Below are positions 48,583 to 60,011 of a stretch of DNA of 64,000 nucleotides, piece after piece. Position 1 is the stretch's first letter. The number at the start of each line of letters is the position of its first letter. Source of the DNA: Selaginella moellendorffii (Eukaryota > Plantae > Lycopodiophyta); contig NW_003314286.1 of assembly GCF_000143415.4 (NCBI RefSeq), positions 511,766 through 575,765 on the forward strand, read 5' to 3'. The position numbers and the translations under genes are program-made. The notes beneath the pieces are model-generated. The model was given only the letters and a program-made list of their open reading frames with translations. It was not told the origin of the DNA and did no database searches.

Positions 48583-49295
48583 TATTCCTTTACTAAGTTT
48601 CTAATGTATTTTATTTTAAGGTGAACAATCCGAATCTGAATCAGAGGAGGCGTGATGGCATGTGGCCTTACGCCATTCCTAGGTGAGATGATACAAATAA
48701 CAAGTATAAATTCTTAGTTGTTCTAGCAAATCTTACTTAAAGTTTAAGGTGAACAAGCCGAATATGAATTCATCGGATTGTTATAACAAATTGCGAGGTG
48801 ATGGCATGAGGCGATACGCCATTTGAGAGTGGTAGCCATTCTTATATAAGGTGAGTGAAATATTTATTAGAAATACCTCATTCAATTGTGCACTTCTAAG
48901 TCTTGGTCCACTCAGTACTGTTTGCATGTTTTTATTTTAATTCTTTCTCTAAAATGTTATTTAGCATGTGGCTTCATGCCATTGCTCTCCATAATCATGC
49001 ATTGAATTTTTCTATCCTTGCATAATACTTCTCCATATATATAGCATGTGCGCACATGTGATATGGTTCATTAGGTTTGATGTAATGTGTGAGGTAAAAC
49101 AAAGATGATGTGACATATGCATTTACCAATCACACGTGCATAAATCTAATAATATGGTGTGTGGCCCATATTAATAGCACATAAACCCATATTGTGGGCT
49201 TACGTGCTTTATATACCATCATTCCCTTGCAGCGTGTGTGTTGGTTTCCTTTTATAACACAACGAACTCTATATTTTAGGGTGAAGAGCGTTCTC

Positions 49296-49553
49296 ATGGC
49301 AAGCACAAAATCTGTAAGTGAGGCAGAAAAGGAGACGGAGAAGGAGATAGGTGAAGATGTAGAATATATAAGTCTTCCAAACTCCCCGTACTATACTTCA
49401 AGTGATCATTTTTTTGAACAAACGGCAACATTAACAACTATCGAGAACGCCCCAGTAACGTCAGAGACAACAATCCAAAGCAAAACAACTGACCCGGAGA
49501 AGGATGATAGTACTGTTGAGAGTACCAAAAAGGAGGTGTCCACTAGCGCTTAG
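49296..49553 (+). CDS. Small orphan ORF (85 aa) of the SLPxSPYYT family
   Basis: Open in both copies; homologous to 2575-2823. Confidence 0.6.
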   Translation: MASTKSVSEAEKETEKEIGEDVEYISLPNSPYYTSSDHFFEQTATLTTIENAPVTSETTIQSKTTDPEKDDSTVESTKKEVSTSA

Positions 49554-50189
49554 GCTTATAATGGCGTGTGCCCTCATGTCATTTACTTGATCACCAAATA
49601 CCTTTTTCCCTTTGCACTAGTATATCTTAATACCGGTTTGAGAAATAGAATGGCATGTGCCCTTAGGCCTTTTACTAAATCACCTTTGAAAGAAATGCAA
49701 GCCTCTATGTCGTAAAAAAAAGGTACTAGAGAAATTCCTTAATAATATGAATGTTATTTAGTTTCATGAAAATACACTAAGGGTCAAATGAGTTAAATGA
49801 CTTCTCCAGACTAGCAATGCCTCTTGCTACACCTTCACAATTAGATTCGTTAGAAAAAGATAACATTGAATAATATCTAAATGTTCTCACCATTAAGTTA
49901 TATGTCTGGCTAATAGGAATGACGTTCATCTTGGAAAGCTCACCACACGCTCAATGAACAAACAAATAGTGTGTGCGCGCATGCCATCGCTCTTTTTTAG
50001 CTTCAGATTCGGCTTGTTCACCTTGACAATGAGATTTATTATACAACCAGATGGACTCAGTCTGGACATAAAGTCACCGCGCTAGTCACCATGCCCCAGA
50101 TATGTCTAGCCCCTGGACAAAAAACATATAATTTCACGTCATTTTCAAATACTTGAAAATTTGTACCTAGTCCCATTTTACTGAATAAA

Positions 50190-50211
50190 TCCCACTTTAA
50201 TGAAATAGAGC
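50190..50211 (-). repeat. Right TIR of Sola-like copy 1
   Basis: TCCCACTTTAATGAAATAGAGC is a 21/22 reverse-complement match to 51086-51107; LTR similarity starts at the next base. Confidence 0.75.
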
Positions 50212-50283
50212 ATCATTGTGGTAGTAAGGTAAATGTGTCCATAAGGACTAGCCGACAGGTAACTTTCGATACCTAAAGTCACA
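50212..50283 (-). repeat. LTR-terminus fragment abutting the transposon end
   Basis: Homologous to 1981-2052. Confidence 0.6.
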
Positions 50284-51085
50284 TTCGCAACAATATTGTC
50301 ACTATGGATCCTTGAAACCTTAAGGGATAAAATAGCCACTAAAGGCTCTTTCACCAAACAATTACTCCTTTTTCAGTTGGTTTAAAGAGAGAGAGATAAA
50401 GTGTGCTACATATTACATGTGGTACCAAAGAATAAGTCTCAATGAATACTATCCAATGAGATTGGGCAACTAATCTCATTATATATATAAAGATGAAAAT
50501 AATGATCCAAGTGGGTACATGTTTAAGTTGTTTGGGTGTTATGACTTTACATTCATTCTTTGAGTGTGGATTTTGGTTACGTTTTTGTACTATATTGTGT
50601 GAGCTTGCACGTGGGTTTATAGGGTGGATTGAGATGTACCATATGTATGAGTTTGCACTTGAGCTCGTGTGTGAGATACATTAGCAACTTAAGGTTATAC
50701 TTTGTGTTAATAGGATTAATGTTAGCTTATTGGTGGTTACCATAAGTTGAACCATGTACTGTGGGTAAAAGAAAACCTTCCTTAGGTTTGTTATAAATAG
50801 TGAATAGGTTGATTTGTAACTTTTTAGCATGATACTAGTGAATCCTTCATAGACATGATTATAAATAGATCAATCAAAATTGTAAGGATTGGTTCAAGTA
50901 GTTATTGTTGTACTCTCTCATAAACATTTTTTGGATTGGACTAAAGGCAATGCAAATACAAACTTGAGGTTTGGTCAAAGATAAGACCAAAAAGAAAGTT
51001 ATTAGGGATAAAGGATCAAACATATAAATCATTTTCTTTACTTAGAGAGGTGATTTCTAATGAAGTGTTAAATCATTGCTCATAA

Positions 51086-51107
51086 GCTCTATTTCGTTAA
51101 AGTGGGA
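51086..51107 (+). repeat. Left TIR of Sola-like copy 2
   Basis: GCTCTATTTCGTTAAAGTGGGA, inverse of 50190-50211. Confidence 0.75.
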
Positions 51108-51514
51108 ATTGTCATTATCCCACTTGTAAAATAAGGTTTCCAAACCTTTATATAGTATATAAATATAACAAAATTCAACTGCATTGAGGCACATGCCATT
51201 TTATTTTAAACAAGGAAATGTCTACTCAATCACTTCTCACTGCTTCACCTCTCTCTTCTCCTTGTCATTGTCGTCCAATTTCTTTCCATCCTTTTAATAT
51301 TGGCTCAGTTGCTCCGAGTCTAGGTGGAGCCCAAGTCCCCATTCAATCTTTACTTTCCCCTTATTAATAAAACAACTTCGTAGACTTCCAATAACATGCT
51401 GTAACACTTCTAGTATAATGCAAATCCTCTCAAAGAATTGTCTTTTAATATTAATACAATGGCATGGAACCCCATGCCATAATAAGTTACATTTTTAAAT
51501 AAATACATGCCATC

Positions 51515-54500
51515 TCAGACTGTTATTTTTTGCCTCCAACGCCTATACAATAATCTTGGAATTTCATCACTCTCCACACTATCAGGATTTAAACCCAATA
51601 GTAATGCCATCTCTTCTCTAATACGTCCACGCTCATGTTCAGTGGTCGAAGAACCCATCCGGTTGAGCAGATTATGGAGATGCGGATAGTGCTTGGCTAG
51701 ACAATATACATGCCATAAATGATGACTGGTGTCTGTCCGATCAAATGGCTTCTGATATACCGTTCCATCTGCCATTTGGTTGATTTCTGCAGCCACCTCC
51801 TGGACTGGCCGGTTCTCTATCACCATCGCTTCAAGCCGTTTTGCAAGGTCCCCCAGAACATACGGTTTCTTCTCCCTAGTTTCTATACTGCAAGAGATGG
51901 GGTGCACTGCATATGTGTGCGTGTTCGCTGCAGTTTTAATCGGCGAGTCATCGATGATGAGGATTTCACTTGACCTAGCAGTCCGGTTTATCACTACAGC
52001 CTCTGCCTTGACGAAGATGGGCTTGCTACCCCTCACATGGACCATAGTCAAGCAATCCTCCTGCGTTAGGAGAAAGTCAAATGGTAATATTACTCGCGTC
52101 TGATCGTGCATCATCTGTAGCAACGTTAATGCATTGTGGCGCATCATGGATGTCCAAACTCCCAATTGCAAATTGAACCCTGCCCTCTGTTTTAAGTGTC
52201 GCATGGTCATTATTAGATCCCGCAGTTTCTCCCGTGTGATTAATGTGAATCTGTCTCTTTTGACCAACTTGCGACCGCAGGCTTTGGAGGGTGCAGTGAC
52301 ATTCGAGGACGAGCCACGCTCATGGGAGAAAAGGACACCGTTCAGATCAAAAACGATACAGTACTTTCGCCGTGACTCTGAAATGAAATGCGTCAGCATA
52401 AAAAATGGTACAAGTCAATTTTACCATCTACAATATTAGCGAATGGTGCTCCCGATGGTCGTTCAGAGGGTTTTGGTCGAGGAAACGTGAAGGGCGGAAA
52501 TACTCTCCTCTGCAATGTGGGGTCAATCGCATCCGATGGCGTGTGGGCACATGCCATTTCAGCTGTAGACTCTGGTACAACTGGCTCAACAGTGGCATGG
52601 GGTGGTTCCGATGGCGTGTGATCACACGCCATTTCAGCTGGTGCCTCCGTTGGCAAAGTGGACATGACCAAACAGGCAGCAGGGGCGGTGTAGGGAGGTT
52701 CCAACGGCGCGTAGTCAGACGATTGGGCACACGTTGGAAATGAGGATACGACCGGCTCGGCGGCTGGGGCGGCCTCATGCGGGTCCAATGGCGCCTGGTC
52801 ACCGTCAGTTGGATACGTGGACAAGATTGACTCAGTGGTATGGGCAGCATCAAGTGGAGCGTGGTCAGCTTGCTTGGCGTTGATATGGATAGTAGCCTCC
52901 ACCAGCTCTGATGACTCTTGCATGCAAGTAGAGTCCACTGGCGGATCCATATGCATGTCCAAATATCTCCCTTCGATTGAGATGGTATCCTCCCGTGCTA
53001 CTAAAAACAAACTCATTAGCACATTGAATCGACTATACTGTATTTACCATCAACTGCTATTGAGGAACTAGGACCGATATCACTTGGGCGCACTGCTGAT
53101 TCTGAAGGATTGGACATACGTTTCGACCCTTGCTTGGCACTATCCTTCCTCGACACTAAAGGCTAGAGTTTGTATCTTAATTCAACTGAATAATCTCTAC
53201 TTACCATTTCTTCTGCGACCTACATGGACAATGTTAGAAATGGTAAAAGGTTAGGAATGGATGTACTATTATTTACCTGATGGTTTGTCTTGTATGACCT
53301 TCCTCCGCTGCTCTTTGGCCACCTCAGGCTGGCCATCATCGTCATCATCGTCATCGTCGTTATTGTGATCGTCACCATTGTGAGGACCATCCAAGTCCTC
53401 TTCGTCCTCCTCTTCTTCGTCCTCCTCTTCGTCCTTCTGGTCTTCCTGCTCATTATCTTTCTCTGGCTCCTCATCCCCCTCTTGCATTTCTTCCATAGGC
53501 TGCTCAGGCTGGATTGCTTGTTTTTCCAGGACCATCTTGGAAAAATCATCTGGCCGAGTCTCCATCTCAAAATACAAGACATCCATAGCCTGTTTTAGTG
53601 CGTGACCTAGGACCGTATTCTCACCCGACTGTCTTAACATGGTTTCTGCACGTTCTTGCACCCTTCGAAGACGACGAGATGAGAAAAATGTGGCCCTGAC
53701 TTGAAAAGCATCCCTCATCCATTGTACCTCTCCATTGAGATTGGGGAAGGGGAGTCCGCCATAGGAATCTGAGTCAGAAGGTGGTGACTGGCTCCTTTCA
53801 CTCAGCCCTTGATCTGCAATGAATGGCATGAGCACACACGCTATAACCGCGAGGCATTACCTATCATCTTTTCGTTGCCCTTCTTCCTTTTCGAATCAAA
53901 CGCCTCTGATCCCGACGACTGTCCAACGTGCTTTCGCTTTTTATGACCACTGTCAGTTTGAGCTTGGCTGGTGCTTGCCTGTTTTGCCTTTGAAGAAGTG
54001 TCTCCTGCAAGGAATGGCATGAGACCACACGCCATTGCAAATATAATTTGTACCTCCTTTTTTCCTATTGCTTGTCTGTTTGTCCTTCTTCGACGCGCCA
54101 CCAGTGCGCTTTTCAGTCCTCGTGTCTGAATATTCACAACGATCTATAATCAAAATGGCGTGAGGCCTCATGTGACCTTACCTTGTGCAGGTTGTGACCT
54201 CGGCCTAACATCAGTAGCTGTTAACGCCGTTTCAGCATCTGGGGGTGGCCACGCTCCTGCATACAGAGCTTGTGAGATAACATTTAAACTTAAAGTGCGT
54301 ACTCACCAGGTTCGTAGAGAAAATACTGTTTTTCTTTGGCAACTGTAATTATATGCTCCATTGAAGTCACCTCTTCAATGGAGTTTGTCACCGCAACACA
54401 CGGGACACCCTTGAGTAGTGCGGCTCGAAAGAATAGTCCGCCGCAGTTGTACTCGACAACGCATTTGCCCTTGGAGTCACCCGCTATTGCGTTGAAGACC

Positions 54501-56869
54501 CAGCTGAGCATTTCCCATGCTGCACCTGGAGCTTTCTTTGGATTCGAAAGCTCCATAGCCGTCTTCAGTTCCTCAGGCACGGGTAAATTGACCTCCCTCA
54601 GATCAATTCGATCGGCTTTGTTGAACGAAGCTGGGAAGTCACTCCAGTCCCACTCTGCTGCAAGACCAATAACAAGGGCGACTGTGAAGATGCGGACATT
54701 CGTCGGTATCTTCTTCTTAGCCATTATCCCATGGATCTCCCGCATCTCCTTGCCTTTCAACCGAGCCTTCACCTCGTTCAAGGCCTTCCAGAACTTGTGA
54801 TAGGATTCGGAGTCGTAGATCATATAGTGGACTGAAGATTCCACCTCCGCAAGTCCCACCATTAAGTCAATGATGGAGCTGACTTCGTCTGCATGAGTGA
54901 TCTCCTCGTTTGTGAAGTCCATCACACAAAAGATGTTCTTGACCTGCTCATCTCCGCGGGAAACGATGCTCCTCCACCTTTGATCCTCATCCGAATTCAC
55001 GTATACCCGGTAAGGTTCTCGATAGGCCTCTGCTGCGGGGTCGAGCTGTTTCTGAAGCCGGCGGTCGACATCCCTCTTAATGAAATTTGGATACTGATCC
55101 AACTTCTCAGCTTTACTTTTCGTGGCATCCCGCAGCAGATCGATGAACTTGGGGGCCCCCTTCACGTACTCGTCGATGTCTTCATTTGACAAGTCCAGCT
55201 CTTCCATCATCTCTTGCGTGGTGTCGATGCTCACCCTTGCCACGGCCACTTGCTCGAAGATCCAATCCTTCAATAGCGCACGAGCTCTCAGAGTCGTGCA
55301 CAAGTCCTCGTATGTCACAATATGGCCGGGAGTCATTTTGGTCTTGTTGAAGACTACCTCACCAAGTAGAAGAGCATTAGCCACTGTCAGAAGGTCGTCG
55401 TCGTCTAGAGACCGCGAGAAACGCAAGGCGTTGAGCTTCAAATCATTGGGCTTCCGGCCGTCCTCCACACCCATTGAGTTTAGCAACTCCCCGTCATGGT
55501 ACCTCCTTAGCACATCTACCCATTTGTCAAAAACAACTTTTGTCGCGAGTAGAATGTTATGGATGCTGAGTGTGTCATTGACCCCCAGTGTTTTCGAGAG
55601 AAGACTCGAGAATTCCTGCAATGGAAATGGCGTGAGGCCACATGCTATGCCACATGCAACGAGGCTTACCTGCCAGGCGCTAGTTGCTAGTGCACGTCCT
55701 TGTCCTGGTTTTTGTGGCTTCTTCAGTTGAACCCAGAGCTTCCGTGTTCGTGCCAATGTCTCGTGCAGACCCGATTTGTAGCACGTTTCTTGCTTGACAT
55801 TCTGCGCGTGGGAGATGTATATGATAGATCGGAGGGGCGAGTTGCCTTTTATCAGGCGGACAACTCTTGTCTTGAAGACTTTCTTCACCTCCTCGCCCAC
55901 CATAATATCCACAACTATCTGTTGCATCGCCAAGCTAGAATGCTGCCCGGAGACGGCATAGAACCGGATGTTCTGATCGTCCAACACCTTCCTATTGATC
56001 AAGTCTGGAAACCTCGTCTCGCCCTTCATTGTTCGGTAGTAGGGGATCACGTCTGCGATGTCGGGTGTTACTGGACTTGCCAGCATCTTCTGCTTCAGTT
56101 TCTCCACCCACTCATCAGATACTAGCCTGTGGTTGTATTTGCTTTGGATCTCGATACGGCTCACGTCGATTGTATATACTTTGTTGGAATAGTAACAAGT
56201 ACTATTATCTGCGACGATTTTTGCTGCCTCTTCTTGCTCTTTCTGCTCTTTGCGGCTCTTCTTTTTGGTGGGTGTAGTGTTCGAACCCGAGGCAATGGCA
56301 TCACCGAGTAGCTTCTTTTTTGGAGCAGCAGAGTCGGACGTCGGCTTGAGCTTGACCACCCTTTTCTGCTTCGGGGTAGTTTCCAGATCGACCCCCTTCC
56401 CCTTCGCTTCGCAAACTGGAGGCACTCTCAACGGCTCAATGTTGGAATATAGTTTTTGAACATCGCCGTAGGTGAGGTCCGTGGATTCCATGTGATCTTC
56501 ATAGACCCGCAGCGTCTTTGAAATTGTGGGCCTCCTGGACAACCTCTCCCTAGCTCCCTCTAGGAATTCCTCATAGCCGCTGCCCCCCTCCGGGAAGCCG
56601 CTAGGATGTGCAAGGTGGATCTTGAAGGCGGACGCTGTCTCTACCACAAGTGCCAGTCCATATTCTTGCATGGAACTGCATGGAGTGTCTGTCACTTGGA
56701 TGAGGATCCCCATGCATTCTTTTCTCCCACCATCTGTGTTGTACAGCATCAGATCCTCGCCTTCCATCCCGAAAGTCCAACTGGTGAGCTCCTCCCCCTT
56801 CTCTGCATCCACATTGACAGTGGCTGGAAGAAGAACGCAATTCCTCGCCTGTTCAAAAATGCACAACAA
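51515..56869 (-). CDS. Spliced ~1,600-aa fusion: ParB/Srx-like domain, degenerate N6/N4 MTase-like domain, acidic disordered linker, FCP1/NIF-like HAD domain; 5' exons probably extend to ~57500
   Basis: ParB-like: YTIDVSRIEI..NHRLVSDEWVEKLKQKM...FYAVSGQHSSLA...HAQN. MTase-like: FCVMDFT and MLSWVF...KCVVEYNCGGLFFRAALLKGVPCVAV. NIF: IVFDLNGVL, VWTS, LIIDDSPIK. Eight phase-1 GT-AG introns between 54306 and 52378 join the track ORFs with no stop; a further 54-nt in-frame intron lies at 55616-55669. Confidence 0.75.
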
Positions 56870-59800
56870 TTAGAGTTGACAGATGAAAAGCTAGCAGCTG
56901 GAAATAACGTGAGGCCACACGCCATTCACCACTGCATCAGATGTCTTGAGGCTGCATCCTAAGATGGCGTGAGGCTACACGCCATCTGTAACCGGACTGC
57001 ACTCGAGAGCCCAATCGGTGCATGCCAATGTTGCTACTGAATGGCATGTGGCCTCATGCCATTTTCTACTTCGTCTAAAAGACTTACCATTTGAAGCCGA
57101 ATGGAGGCCGTGACAATCGAGGCCGGACTCGCTGGCGAATGTGCACTGTGTGTGCAGCGGATCGTAGCAGCAAGGCTACTCTGCCACTTACAGTTGGAGA
57201 GTGGTGCTGAAATCTCCCGGGACGCCAAGTGGGCTGCGTGTGGGTGGTGGAGTGGGCGGCGGAGTTGGCGGCGAAGTTACAAACTGGGTGTGTCTTGAAG
57301 TGGACGCCGATGCACACGAGCGCGATGCGAGCGCGAGTGGACGCCGATGCACACGAGAAACCTGTAGAGAAGTGAGCGTGATCGCGAGTGGGAGCGCGAT
57401 GCGAGCGGGAGCGCGAGTGTGCGAGCGCGAGTACAAAGCAAAATGCAAAACCTAACCTCACACGCGCGAAATGTCACAACGGTTGGTAATCCCGCCACGT
57501 CATCATTCCTCGGACTTGGGCGCCACCATTAATTTCTGGATTGCCGCGCGCATGCAAGCATGCAAAATCCAAAAGAAATCCGCAACGTCATCATTCCTCG
57601 GACTGCATGCACGCGAAATCCAAAAGAAAGATCATGATTGGGATATCATTTAATACCCTCGCTATATTTATACCATGCATGATTGGATATTCCAAAGCAT
57701 CTTGTATTTCCAAAAATGGCAGATGTTCAGCTAAATAAAGAAATTCTATCTGTTTCTATTTTTCTCTCAAATCAATATTATAGCGTGTGGGCTCATGCAA
57801 TTTTGAACCAAAGAAACCCAAAAAACGTTGGACCCAAAATATTTTGAAAAAACCCAAAAAACCCTAAACATTTTAAACCCAAAAATCCAGGCGTCCTGTG
57901 GCGTTATTCCTTGAATGGCGTGTGGGCGCATGCCATTTTCAGGGCCAAATGCTGAATGGAGAAAAATTCCCTTTCAGTGCAAATGCTGCAAGAGGCAGAT
58001 GCCGAGCACAAAGGACTGTAACTACCTCACATGACACAGATAAACTTTTCTCTATTTGGCAAAGATAAACTTTATAGCGTGTGGGCTCATGCAATTTTGA
58101 ACCCAAAAAATGCACCAAAAAATTCTCGGCGTCATCTGGCATTATCTCTTGAATGGCGTGGGGCCGCATGCCATTTTCAGGGGCACATAGGAGTATATTC
58201 CTAGGATATTCTGACACGCGCGAGATTTTTTTGAGTTTTCTAGAGATCCAACCGTTAGATCGCAACTAGATTTTACAGAATGGTATACAATGTCTTTCTT
58301 GATGACCCTGCAAAGAAGCATCTCAATCGGACAACACATGAGACCACACGAGCCTTACAATGTTTCAGGGGCATTTGCCATAGATCCGACCGTTATTTTG
58401 CTCCAAGATTTCACAGTTTGGTGTGCATTGACCTTTCCATCGAAACTGCAAAGGGACATCACAATCAGATGCGGGATCACAAGAAACTAACTTCACTAAC
58501 TCTGGTTTCACCAAGATCTACGTAAGGAGTTATGAAATGAAAGGACCCTCTCTATTGAAATGTGTTTATGGTCCTAGGGGCATTGTGACATATCAAAGGA
58601 TTTTGCATCAAGTTCTGTATTTGCATGTTTATCAAGCTACTGAATTGCTAAACCCTAAACCCTAAACCCTAAACCCTAAACATGTGGCAAATGCTGCGTG
58701 AAGAAAGATGCCCTTTCTGGGCAAATGCTGTAAGAGGCAGATGCCGAGCAGATGTATCTCAGGCTAGCGAAGGGGACGAACGAAAGCTAGCTATAAACAT
58801 GACGGGATGCAAATAGATTACTAGGCTGGTCCTACGAAAATCAAAAACCATAATTGAAAACATTGAAAATGCAAAAAGAAAGGTTTATAATATTTTTGAA
58901 TTTTAGGCAACCAAAGGAATGTAAGTAGGGCATGTGTTTGTAAGTTTAAAAATGCCTCAACCACTTAAATTCCCAAGTAAATAAAGCTGTTTTTATTTTT
59001 GGTACAGGTAAACTTTATAGCGTGTGGGTTCATGCAATTTTGAACCCAAAAATGCACCAAAAAATGCTCGACTAGCATTATTCTTTGAATGGCGTGTGGC
59101 CTTATGTCGAGCATTATTCTTTGAATGGCGTGTGGCCTTATATTGCCATAAATGGACGTACACACACAGCGTAATTATTCCTTTACACGGCGAATAATCT
59201 TGGCGCGGATTGCTGACATGGCATGGCAAAGTTCGAATCACTGACATGGCACAGCTGGATCGAGGCAAGGACATGATGTGACAAAGTTCAACCTCCGACA
59301 GCAAAGTCTAGAAGCTACTCAGTTTGAAATTTGTCAGAGGAATCATAAGATCTGGTTTGTCAGAGGATTTGATGTGACGTTCAAGCGTGTGTTATTTTTG
59401 AATTCTCGAACTCATTCCTAGGTCTATCATTTTTGTGCGCCGTGTTCTTGGTTCCGCTGAGCGCAGTGAGCGCTGCTTGTGTAAGCGGCGTTGTGGGCTG
59501 TGGTTTATGCGTCTACGAGCGGTTGCGGCATTGCGAGCGCCATTGCGAGCGGCAGTTTATGCGAGTGGCAGTTTGTGCGAGCGGCGCTACGAGCAGTTGC
59601 GGTGTTGCGAGCGGCGCTACGAGTAGTTGCGGTGTTGCGAGCGGCACTGTCTTTGGTGTGGCTACCGCTTCCTCTTGATATTCGGCACTTGTGCTTCCTG
59701 GTATGTTCACCATGGAATGGCTTAGGACCACATTTAGAAATGGCATGAGGCCACATGCCATCTTGGGCCCTTGCAATTTCATGGCTAGCGTATTGTCATG

Positions 59801-60011
59801 TATGTTTTTACTTGCCTGCAGCTGTGTGTATATCAAGATGGCATGAGGCCTCATGCCAATTTTGTGAATGCGAAATTTCACGTGGGTGTCAATAGCATGT
59901 TTGAATAATGGCATGTGGCCTCATGCTATTGAGGTTGTTTGGTATGTTATGATTTAGGCCATTCTCCAATCATTTTTTGTATGGTCTTAACTTCTTTTCT
60001 ACACTTTCAGA

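Larger units (their letters stand above)
37268..50211. mobile_element. Sola-like TIR DNA transposon, copy 1 (left end lost, genes disrupted)
   Basis: Colinear with 51969-64000. Right TIR at 50190-50211. Joined to the Gypsy inversion through CTT microhomology at 37268-37270. Confidence 0.85.
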
